This document shows, piece by piece, positions 24,326 through 35,229 of a DNA stretch of 64,000 nucleotides. Numbering within the stretch: position 1 is the stretch's first letter; every line of letters starts with the position of its first letter. The position numbers were made by a program, and so were the translations under genes. The notes beneath the pieces were generated by a model. The model was given only the letters and a program-made list of their open reading frames with translations, searched no databases and had not been told where the DNA came from. The DNA comes from Takakia lepidozioides (Eukaryota > Plantae > Bryophyta), in assembly GCA_030704615.1 (NCBI GenBank), contig CM060731.1, positions 85,498,001-85,562,000 on the forward strand, read 5' to 3'.

Positions 24326-24609
24326 TTTGCAACAATCGGAGCAACACAAAACGAGGTTTACTAATAAGACGTAACTCTAAACCCTTCACCCTAAACGAGT
24401 TTGAGTAGGGTCAAAATAGTTCATAAAAACTAATTTTGTAGAATAAAATGATCCTGGAAGCGAGAGGAGGGCCTATGGAAGCATTCTGCAACGACCTCAT
24501 AGAAATCGCGGCAAGAAATACCCTTCCACCCAACCAATGGCCTCCTTCTCCACGTGACTACGTGTCGTGGAATAATGAAATGTCACGCACACAGAAGTTG
24601 TGTGGAGAT

Positions 24610-24690
24610 GAAGTGAGGGGAGAATGAGCCTCCCTTGGCTTATATCCCCCCCCCCCCCCCTCATTCCTCGGGCCACGTGCAGGGCGAATC
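24610..24690 (-). promoter_or_regulatory. Putative core promoter of the RING gene: G-box, poly-G, TATA-like element, pyrimidine-rich initiator
   Basis: On the minus strand: CACGTGGC...GAGGAATGAG(G)n ATATAAG...CTCATTCTCCCCTCACTTC, about 300 bp upstream of ATG 24325. Confidence 0.45.
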
Positions 24691-25029
24691 TTCTAGAAGC
24701 GATCGCTCCATTTTTCGGGAAAAAAAAAAAAAAAACGACTGCCAGAACTGGCCAGTTTATTTCTGGCAAAATTTCGTACTTTTCCGACCTCAAAAATCAA
24801 AATCGAATATTTTGTCGTAAATTCCCTGTTTTCTCATGGATGAAATAGCCAAAATTCTCAAAAAAAAATATAAATCTTGGATGAATTCGCCTAATATGGA
24901 TTATATACATGGATGAAAGTACAGAGGAGGATGATTCTGTCCAAATTTCAGTGGATGAGCAGAAAATATGGCTATTTCCTGCAAAACTCAGTAGCCAGTC
25001 CTGTTCTTTTCAAAATTTGAAAAAAAAAA

Positions 25030-26705
25030 CACTGGAACTGGCGGTCGCTCCATTTTCCGGATAAATAAAAAAACTGCGACCGCCAGAACTGGTGGTCGCT
25101 CCATTTTCCGGAAAAAAAAAAAAATAAGCGACCGCCAGAACTGGCGGTCGTTCCATTTTCCGAAAAATAAAATAAATAAGCGACCGCCAACATAGGCGGT
25201 CGCTACATCTACGGAGACATTAAGAATTGAAGCGACCGCCAGTAATGGCGGCCGCTTGATTTTCAAAACAATTAAAATAAAAGCGACTGCCAGTCATGGC
25301 GGTCGCTCCATTTCCAACAAAATTTTAATAAAAGCGACCGCCAGTAGTGGCGGTCGCTGGATTTACAAAAAAAAAAACAATTGCGGCGACCGCCCGTTAT
25401 GGCGGTCGCTCGATTTTCCTCCAAAAATTAGAGAAGCGACCGCCTGTAATGGCGGTCGCTTCATTTTCAATTTAAAAAAAATAAAAGTGACTGCCAGTAA
25501 TGGCGGTCGCTTCATTTTTATTTTCAGAACAATTAAAATAAAAGCGACCGCCACAAATGGCGGTCGCTCCATTTCCAACCAAATTTAAATAAAAGCGACC
25601 GCCACTAATGGCGGTCGCAGCAATTACAAAAAACAACAATAGCGGCGACCGCCCCTAATGGCGGTCGCTCGATTTTCCTCCAAAAAATAAAAAAGCGACC
25701 GCCAGTAACGACGGTTGCTTCATTTCCAAAATAAGTAAAATAAAAGCGACCGCCAGTAATGGCGGTCGCTTCATTTCCAAAATAATTAAAATAAAAGCCC
25801 GCCAGTAATGGCGGTCGCTTTATTTCCAAAATAAATAAAATAAAAGCGACCGCCATGTATACCCCCCCCCCCCCCCCCCCCCCCCATTCCTCGCTCCACG
25901 CTCATGACAGACCTCGTAGAAGCGACCGCCACCTTCGCGGTCGCTCCATTTAAAAAAAAAAAACGACCGTCAGTAATGGCGGTCGCTCTATTTCCAAAAA
26001 TAAAAAAATAAAAGCGACCGCCAGTAATGGCGGTCGTTGATTTTTAAAAAATAACAATTACAGCGACCGCCACAAATGGCGGTCGCTACATTTTGTAAAA
26101 ACAAAAACTGCTAGTAATGGAAGTGAGGGGAGAATGACTGGGAGCTTATATGCCCCCCCCCCCCCGCCCTATTCCTCGTTCCACGCGCAGGGCAGACCTC
26201 GTAGAAGCAACCGCCACCTTGGCAGTCGCTCCATTTAAAAACAAAAAAAAGGGACCGCCACAAATGGCGGTCCCTCCATTTCGCAAAAAAAAAGAAACAA
26301 AGCGACGAGCAGTAATGGCGGTCGCTGCATTTATAAAAACAAAAAAAAACTTCAAGCGACCGCCTGTAATGGAAGTGAGGGGAGAATGAGTCCGAGCTTA
26401 TATGCCCCCCTCCCCCGCCTCACTCCTCGCTCCATGCGCAGGGCACACTTCGTAGAAGCGACCGCCACCTTGGCGGTCGCTCCATTTAAAAATCCCAAAA
26501 AAACGACTGCAAAACATGGCGGTCGATCCATTTTCCAAAATTAAAAAAACAACCGACCGCCACTATTGGATTTTCAGAAAAAATAGAAATTAAAGCGACC
26601 ACCAGTAATTTTACGAAGAAACAAAAGCCGATCGCTATTACATCGCGTTCACTGTATTTACAAAGAATAAAAAACAAATGCGACCGCCAGTGATGCCGCT
26701 CGCTG
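25030..26705. repeat. Array of about 30 palindromes AGCGACCGCCA-NNNN-TGGCGGTCGCT separated by A/T tracts, period about 51 bp
   Basis: Copies start at 25128, 25180, 25232, 25283, 25334, 25386, 25436, 25487, 25544, 25595, 25645, 25695, 25746, 25797 and onward. Confidence 0.95.
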
Positions 26706-26975
26706 CATTAAAATAAAAATGAATGCAAAGTTGGAAACATGACACAATTGTTCTCCATTCCACAAGCAAATCACCGAACACAAACATGAGCAAGTGATGG
26801 TGCCTTTGGCCGACATTTTGACTGGTATACACATGGGCAACATCTTTTATTTTCCAACACATACACAACAACAATACAAATACTCATAGACAATAATCAC
26901 ACTGATATTACTTTACTACAGAAATATAAACATGTCCACTAAAATGTGCTGATGCATGCCTAAAGCTGTTTTGCT

Positions 26976-28054
26976 TCATTTCCTTCTACTGCTTTGACAG
27001 CGGGACGAAGAAGATCCTAATCCTAATGCTCCGATGGGTTGAAAATCCGGGTCACCCTCGACTTCACCACCATTGCCATCATCAGTGCTGGAACCGTCTT
27101 CCCTATCCGACCTCATATGTCCAAGCCTTTGAATCTGCAAGCGACCTCGAACTACATTTAGTTCTCTCCGAGGTCGACTCCCACTCCGGTCTTGAATACC
27201 ATCCACGGTATCTGGCCTGTTTGTGGGCCGATCGCCTACAAAAGGTTGGACTGTTCTCTGTCGTTTATGGACTTGGGACGCAATCGAAGGTGGTCTCGAA
27301 GGAGGTATCAGAGGGGGGTCTGCCCGAGATGGACCGACATTAGATGGTCCGGCATGTGAGGAACCACGGGTCTGCTGCGCAACACGTCGGTTAAGGTGAA
27401 TTGTAGTGGCAGGTTGTCATCATCCGAGGCTTCAACTTCCGCCCGGTCCAATGCAGCAGAATGATGCGTGCGTGTGGAAAACAAATCAACCCTGTTGCTC
27501 CTTAATGCCCGTTGTGTTGATGGGGAGTTGGATCGGTTTTGGCATTGGGGTGGAGCTAGTCGTATCGGTGAGACATGATTCCGTCCCGTCGACTGTAGAA
27601 TGGGTTCGACACCATCGTTTGTATGAATAGGGTTGCGTACGTCGCTCGGTCCTGGAAGTTCATCACCTCTAAGCTCTATTAGGGCACTACCGGTGGCTTC
27701 AGCGTGTAGTGGGGGGCGAGGGTCAACCCCAACTTCATTTTGAGGACCATGTTCTGGGGATGACACAATTGCAGCTTCACCTTCATCTGCGATACGCACT
27801 TCTTCAAGAAGGTCATCAAAGGTCGGCTGGATATAAGCATCTTCCTCTGTGAATGTAAACGGGTCATACGCATTTTCGGGAGTATCATCGGATCCATCTT
27901 CACTATCGGAGGCAGATGATTCCCTCTGAGATGATTCTCTTTGAGGCTTAATATCGTCACTCATCGAATCAACCTCAGAAGCAGAGTCTTCGGAATGCAA
28001 ATTTCTCTCATACCATGCTGCAGCATCATCCACTGCCCTCTCACGTAGCAGTCT
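26976..28054 (-). pseudogene. Acidic low-complexity C-terminal tail of a probable hAT-family transposase, cut by the LINE insertion
   Basis: RLLRERAVDDAAAWYERNLHSEDSASE... followed by a D/E/S-rich tail. Begins abruptly at the LINE junction. Confidence 0.4.
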
Positions 28055-30914
28055 TTATGGTGTGGGCTGACATATTATGTGGTTATTTCCATGGGGCATG
28101 TAAGGGGGCTGGAACAATATGAGTGTGTGAGCTGGAATGAGTTGATGAGTAGTGTGAGAATGTCTTGGGGAAGGGTGTTGTGGGTACATGCCTGTGCTAG
28201 CCAGTTCGGGGAGCGTGGCTTTTTCGAGGGGGAGGGGGGGGGGGGGGGGTCCTTGAGATATCTTTGAATTAGCCAGTTGATTTCGGTGGCAAAGTCTTGT
28301 TTGGGAGGTTGTAGGGATGGTATGTGGCTCGGTGCGTTGGAATATTTTTCCCATAGCCATTGCAAGCGGTTATTCGGGATTAAGCCTATGAATATGCCAT
28401 ATTTAGCATAGATATTAGAGAAGCGTGGGCCCATGTACATCATGGGGGAATCGTGGTTAATGTCTTTGTCAGGGTTGTAGTCAGTGATGTTGATATGGAG
28501 GTTGGGGGCTTGGATTGGGTTTTGTACGTGGGTGAGGAAGTTGTTGTTGGTAAGTTTGTGGAAGTTGGTCAGGAGGGTGAGGTTATGTGCTGGGTCACAG
28601 TTTAGACCATTGTATTTGAGGGCAAGGAATTTGAGGAGTCCCTGGTAGATTGTACCTAAGCGGTCAGGGTCGTTGAGGGCTTCTTTTATTTGTGTGCCGA
28701 ATGTGCGGGCATAGGAGATGATTAAAGGGCTGGATCCGATACCGTAGCAGTCGGTAGGGAGTTGGGTGAGGGCATTGGGGCACAAGTGGGTAGGCCGCAT
28801 ATACGTTTTGTGAGCTGGACAATATTCTTATCAATTTTCTTGATATTAGGGAGGGAGAAGGGTGCAGCATGGAAGGAGTATTGGATTTGGGTTTTGAGTA
28901 CAGTTGTATACTGGTACCGCCACCCAACACACATGGTCCGGCAAAGGCCTAAGGCCTTGCTCACCCCCCACTAGGGCCTGCGACACACGAAGCCTTCCAA
29001 TGGGCGCGCCTAGCTGCCAAGGCTTCCCCTACCGCCCTCACCATACTTATTCTCACCCAACAAAACTCGCCCGATGACTCCCACCCCCTCCTACGTCTCC
29101 CCACTGGTATTCATCTAATAGCAACCATCGAGCCAAATCAACTTAAATACACACACACACACCCCCTCTCCCCAAATACCTCCAGCAGAAGGAATCATCT
29201 CTAACTCTCATCTTACTAATACAAAACCCCATCTCAGCCCACGTCTCCCCTCCTTTCCTCTAAGATCTCCACAAACTACTCATACGCGTACACAAAATAA
29301 AAGCGGGCATCGCCCCCCGCCCCCCCACACAAACAGCCCACCCCAAACTACGACACCACCCCGGCCCCTTTTCGAAATATTAAACCCAATAAGGCATGGC
29401 TACAGGCCCCCACACACCCACCACACACCGCCCACGCCGTATCCCCACCCATCATCCCTCAAATTTACCAACAACAAAAATCTCTCAGATTCCCCCTCAT
29501 CCACTCCCATTACACAGACGGTTTCGTCATGAACTCGAGCGCCGGCTATGGGGTATTCCATGCGGCCACCCAACAAGGGCTTGCCCTCCGCCTACCTGGT
29601 CCCGCCACAATCCTACGAGCAAAACTCATGGCTATCTACAAAGCCATATCAAGACTAGATGCCCCCCCCCCCCCCCCCCCCCTTATTATATTTTCACTGA
29701 CAGTCTCACCTCACTCTTCCTTCTCCGTAACCATCTTGCGCGTCCATCATCCCATCACCACCACCCAGACCGCAACCTTATCGCCGCCATTATCCAACTA
29801 GCTCTCTCTAAATCCCAACCTATCCACATCTATAAACTTCGCTCGCTGCCGCCTCAATCAGCCACACTAAAGTCCATATACAAAAATGGACACAATCCTC
29901 CATACTCCACCATAAACTCTCAAATCACTTCTGGAACACCAAAATCAACACAGATGCACAAATTTGACAAACACTCAAATTAAGATACGCTCAGTACATG
30001 GGCCACCAGCGTAAACACATTTTCTGGCCACGTCTCTTCCCGTCCCCATACTGCCCCCTGTGTTCCAACACTCACCAAGAACGAGACACCTGGCCACACC
30101 TACGTAGCCAATGCACACACCCCATTATACATGGCCTACATATCACCCGCCACAACCAAGCAGTCTGGCACATCCACAAATTACTCCTTAGTCGTGCCGA
30201 AACCAGATGGTACACACTTCTCAATGCCGACACATACCAAGGCCGCCCACTTGATCACACGGTCCCACCCTGGCTACTCCCATGCATATGCACCTCTCAA
30301 ACATGCACCTGCCTCGCCAAACTATGCCCGGACATCCTATTGGTGCAAGGCTTACACACAACGGCCTCACCTCCTACCACACCCTCCACATCACTTACTA
30401 TCCACTTCATCGAATTCACATACTTCCATGACCGCTATCCACAAGACGCTATATTAGACAAAGGACAAAAATATGCCCCACTCATCCTAGCTATCCGCCG
30501 CCAAGGATGGCGTACTGGTCCCCTCACTGTCATCACGGCAGGCACCAGAGGTGGCATCCACAATGCCAGCATTAAAGACCTGCACAAAAAATTTCATATT
30601 CCAATCTCTCCGATCCACAAATGCTTTCAAGCTATTCACCTCACAACTCTTCGCTCTCTCACTGCCATTATCACCAATAAAAGAAAACTTGAATCCAACT
30701 CCACCACATTACCCTAGGCACCCGGGGTGCCCCCCAGGGAGGGGTAACCCCCTCCCTGTTACCATTAACCCACCCATGCACACACACCTCTGGTTACTAG
30801 GTGCCCAACCGGGCACCAGTTTTATCATAGGGCCCACCCCGACAGGGGGTGCCCAGTAGCCGTGAGGCAAAGTGGCTCTTAGTTACGCCGGCTTCGGCCG
30901 GAGTCTTCTCTCTA
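28055..30914 (+). mobile_element. RandI/Dualen-like non-LTR retrotransposon 3' portion with an inverted 5' segment (28055-28912 on the minus strand)
   Basis: RT-thumb-like region and MTase N-half on the minus strand. Plus strand carries the MTase C-half, RNase H (YTDG...AGYGV...ILRAKLMAI...IFTDSLTSL), the CCHC/RH/PD..E endonuclease ORF 29998-30717 and a 3' UTR ending GAGTCTTCTCTCT. Confidence 0.85.
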
Positions 30915-31636
30915 TCGTGAACATCTTGTCAAGTGCTATCACTATCCAGAATCTGAAGCTACTTGGGAAAAGGAGAGTGACCTGCAATTGGATTTTCCCC
31001 ATTTCACTTATCATTGCAGGCAATGATCACTCTTTTTAGTGGGGGAGTTTGTTACGGCACTCTGCATAACCAGAATTGGTTTATGGGTGGAAAGGCCATG
31101 GGGTTGGTTGAATGACAGGTGGGGGAAACTGGCTCAGATGCCATGTAATGGCCAGGGGCTGGAAACCGACAGGTTCAAGCTTTGGTTACCAGTTGAAGAG
31201 GTCCCCTGTCCGAGAAGGAAGGAAGACGAAGATCAACCAAAACGATGACTTAGGGATTTCAGGGGCTCTGCAGAAAAGATGGACGAGTACTGATATGTAT
31301 AGGGATTATAAATGCATAGCACGGTGTGGCGGTAGGGTGGACCGGAAGTGTATCTGGTACCGTGTTGTTTGAACTAGGTGGCAGTAAGATAAGAGATCGT
31401 CTTTTGTTGTTGTCAGGAACTAGAAATGATGATACCATCTCTGCACAGAGGATTGTAAATGTTGTGAATAGACTTCTACTGGATGAGTCACACTGGTGTG
31501 GATCTGAACTGAACTTTGTCATGATCTGAAAGTAGACTGGTTTCATGTGAATATGGTTTCATTAAGAGCAAAGTTGTAAAGATACTGGTTGGAATTGATT
31601 CCTGTCACAGTCTGGGTAGAAGAAAGAGTCGTTACA
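30915..31636 (+). mobile_element. 3' end of a chromovirus: chromodomain remnant, PPT and 3' LTR (31050-31636), abutting a PPR pseudogene
   Basis: REHLVKCYHYPESEATWEKESDL; PPT AGTGGGGGAG; LTR TGTTACG...CGTTACA. The PPR reading frame CSHTG breaks exactly at 31636. Confidence 0.65.
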
Positions 31637-33160
31637 GCCAGTGTGGCTGCATGCAAAGAGAACACATATAAAGGTGATACTGTCCAGCTTCAAACCATTC
31701 TCTTGCATTCCTTCAAATAGTTGCAGGACCTCCCTATGACAACCATGCTGGGCATATCTTGCGATCATCGCGTTCCCCGACACCACACTCGTTCAGTCAT
31801 ATTGTCAACTACTCTCTTTGCATCGTCAATGGACCCACATTTCGCATACATGTCCACCGGGGCAATGTCCAAAATGACATTTGGTACACTTCCAGCTTTG
31901 ATGATGTCACCATGCACCTCTTTGTCCTTTCCAGGGCTACTAGGCTTGCAAAAGCACACCACAACCACTGGAGTCAGAAAAGTATCATTCCACAGCTTCT
32001 CCTCGTCTCTGTTACCTGTTTATGGATACTTTCTTGTTGTCACATTGGCAGTATCATGTCAAAGTCACTCCAAACTATCAAAGATCACTCAACCAGCTAA
32101 CTTGCAGAATTCAACCTGAAAATTTAGGGCCGATTATGATAAGAGGGAAAAATAGGGTGAAATGTGTTGAAGAAGGTGCCTTCATTGGCAGTGCCTAATT
32201 TTATCAATTGTGCCGCTGCTGCTGCGGCTTCCAGATTAGGTTGAAGAAGAAGGTGCCCTCACCACATTATCCTTGACCTTGTGTCATGACCCATGGAGGA
32301 TTTAACCGACCATCAACCCAAAAGGACCCCGTGTGTGTGCTGCTTGTGTCTGTAGTCAGGTAATGTCAGATTGGTCTGTGAGAACCACCACGGTGCAGTT
32401 GAGCAGGCAGAGATTGAAACACGAAGCTAAGACCAAGCTGACTCTCCCAAGAACCTTGTAAACATCAGGAAGAATACCAAATCATGGTACTAACAGTAGG
32501 AGTGAGACCATGATCTTGATTCATGGAATCAAAGGAGTGACATCCTTCATCCACTATGCCCACATGGCTACATGTAGAGAAAAGAGATACGAACGTGACA
32601 CTGTTGGGCTTCTAGCCTTCCTGTTGCATTCTTTCAAATAGTTGCACACCCTCCCTACGACAGCCATACTAGGCACATGCTGCTATCATCCCACTCCATG
32701 AGATCAAATCTCTTTTAGCCATGCTGTTGAACACTTTACGAGCATCCTTCATGCCCCCACATTTCGCATACATGTCCACAAGGGCATTCTCCAAATTATT
32801 GTATGGGACAATTCCAGCTTTCATAACGTCAACATGGACCTCTTTGCCTTTCTCCAGGGCTCCTAGGCTGACACAAGTATTGAGGACACATATGAACGTG
32901 AACCTTCAAAGCTTCCCTACCACACCCATGCTGGGCATATCCTGAAATCATTGCACTCCATAAAACCACATTCTGTTTAGGCACACTTGCCGTGCATCCA
33001 TCACGCTCCCACATTTAGGATACATATCGATAAGGGTATTCTCCAAAATGATATCTCGCGTAATTCCACTGTTGTTGATGGCAACATGGACCTGCTTGCC
33101 CATTTCTAGGGCTTGTAGGCTAGCACAGGCATTGAGAATGCAAGTGAATGTGACCCTGCA
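31637..33160 (-). pseudogene. PLS-class pentatricopeptide-repeat pseudogene fragments (two blocks)
   Basis: DMYAKCGSIDDAKRV, NAMIARYAQHGCHREVLQLFEGMQENGLKLDSITFICVLFACSHTG, TFTCILNACASLQALEMGKQVH; many frameshifts. Confidence 0.85.
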
Positions 33161-34717
33161 GGTCCCGTTGCATTCGCTCATAGATCTTGCAAGCCTCCCC
33201 ACCATTGAAACACGGCCTGCTAAGACCAAGAAAACATTTCGGGTAGTCCGGGCAGGTCCCAACGGCCTGCTACGACCAAGAAAACATTCCGAGCAGTCCG
33301 GGCATGTCCCAATAACATTGACGACGATGACGTGGCTATGAAACGTGGCGACGATGATGTGGCACTATGGCACCCTATATCTGCTCTATGCTAAACTAGC
33401 TTTCGACCTTCGGTCGTCGCTAGAACTAAGTCAACAACAAAATTGTAGCCCAGAGGTAATGGGCACATATCACCGCGGAAGCGGTTGTGGGTTCAATCCA
33501 CTGATTGGTGTCACAAAGGTATCTTATTGAAAGGCAGTAGACTTTGGGGTCAAGAGACACCATAATTTACGCGTCATATATTATTGTTGTTATTACTATT
33601 AAGTCTACTGCTAAGAATATTTTCTTTTGGGCCTCCGTCCATTAAAAAATTAAAACTAGTAAATCGATGCTCTTTACGTTTTGTTAAAGTTCCCCTTAAA
33701 CACCCACCAGCCTGTTATGGGCTTTTTCAAAATTAAAAATCTTAATAACTGTTTCAGATCTTAAAATTTTTGGCTGAAAATTTCTACACTTTTTCCTTGC
33801 GCATGTAGGGCTCAGATTGAGCTTTCGATTGAATCCGACCTGGAAAAAAGTTAGGGTCTTGATGTCTCAAACATGAGGGGGTATGAACGCTCCCCTGTTT
33901 TCTTCTTCCGGCACCCTCAGTGTGCAAACTTTACAGGTGTCCGATCTGCTGTGCACCAGCTGCCCACCGCCCCAACTTTGACCAAGTGCCTAGGAGCCTA
34001 CACTGCACTGTCTGACATGTTCATGGGCTCAAAAGATGCAGATTCTCGTGAGCATTCTGTTCTGAAAATCTGGGTCCAGGGGACATTCATCCCGATACTG
34101 AAAAAGTGAGAAAACTGCCAGGTAATTGATTACTCCAAAAAAAAACACAATTCATCCAATTTCGTAAGGGGGGCGTTTCGCGAGATCTCACCTGATTGGC
34201 CTGAAATTTTTCCAGCAGGGCTGCCAGGTAGTTGAGAACCTACTGTCGGGGTCAATTTTTTTAGAAATTTTATTTTCTTAAAGTTATGCCTGATTTTTCG
34301 TGCAGGGGTCTGACTTTTTGGGAAAAAGTCAAACTAGGGTGGTGGGCGTTTAACGGTTAAATCTTTCCTTTGGGATGATTGCAGTAAGCGTCTCTTGGCC
34401 TGCCCGTTAAAAAATATTTCTTCTGCCCTAAGGTATAAGGCCATATGAAATTTCCGTGGCGCGCGAAAGCGCGTTGCTCAAGAGGGAGACGGATGAACGT
34501 TGGATCATCCATCCACAACACGTTGTGGGATGGGAGCGCGCTTCCCAAGTTGGCGTCGTTACGAATGCTTCCGTTAGGTGGGACACATATGCCGTTAGCA
34601 ACGCTCGCACTTGCCAAACCTCAATCGGGGGATTGAGTGAGGGTGGCGGCGTTAGTCAACACGGAGTCGGGCAGAAGCAGCGCAGTCTTGTCCACCAACT
34701 CTTCTTCCGACCCTGCA

Positions 34718-34735
34718 CGCTCCTATATATCACCC
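34718..34735 (+). promoter_or_regulatory. Putative TATA box of RBOH
   Basis: CCTATATATCA about 500 bp upstream of the ATG; the 5' UTR probably contains an intron. Confidence 0.45.
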
Positions 34736-35229
34736 CCACCTACTCAACCAGACTCAACAAATCCCCCAGGTTGCGCTCTTTTGCGAGACCTTATCCAGTC
34801 TACACGACGAACAGGCTGCAACCGACTCCAGACTGATGAGATTGAACGGTACGCACTGTTGGAGGCTTTGAAGGTCAGTAGTAAGGAGTTAGGTAATGTG
34901 ATCTGCTGTAGCTGTGAGCTGCTTGATCAAGTGTGGGTTGCATCCACGCCCACGAAACTTTCTAGTCTCGTCTCGTCTCATAGTACGTACGAAGTGTAGG
35001 AGGTTTTGGACGTGCGTCTCGTGGTGCAATGGCCAAGTTCAGCTTCACTGCAGTGAGATGAATGCAAACATGATCTGGTGAACCACCTTCTTTGATCAGA
35101 AGAAGTGCTCCATCTGCATCCCTTGATTGACATCGGCCACGAGGGGTCTGGGGAGTGGACCTGTAGTACTTGAATAGTGGGTATTTGGTAGCTCGACTAG
35201 TAGGACTGAGGACAGGTCTGCAGAGCCAC

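Noticed and set aside
25030-26705. CRISPR array
   Set aside because: The period is regular, but spacers are A/T homopolymer tracts rather than acquired sequence, and there are no cas genes.
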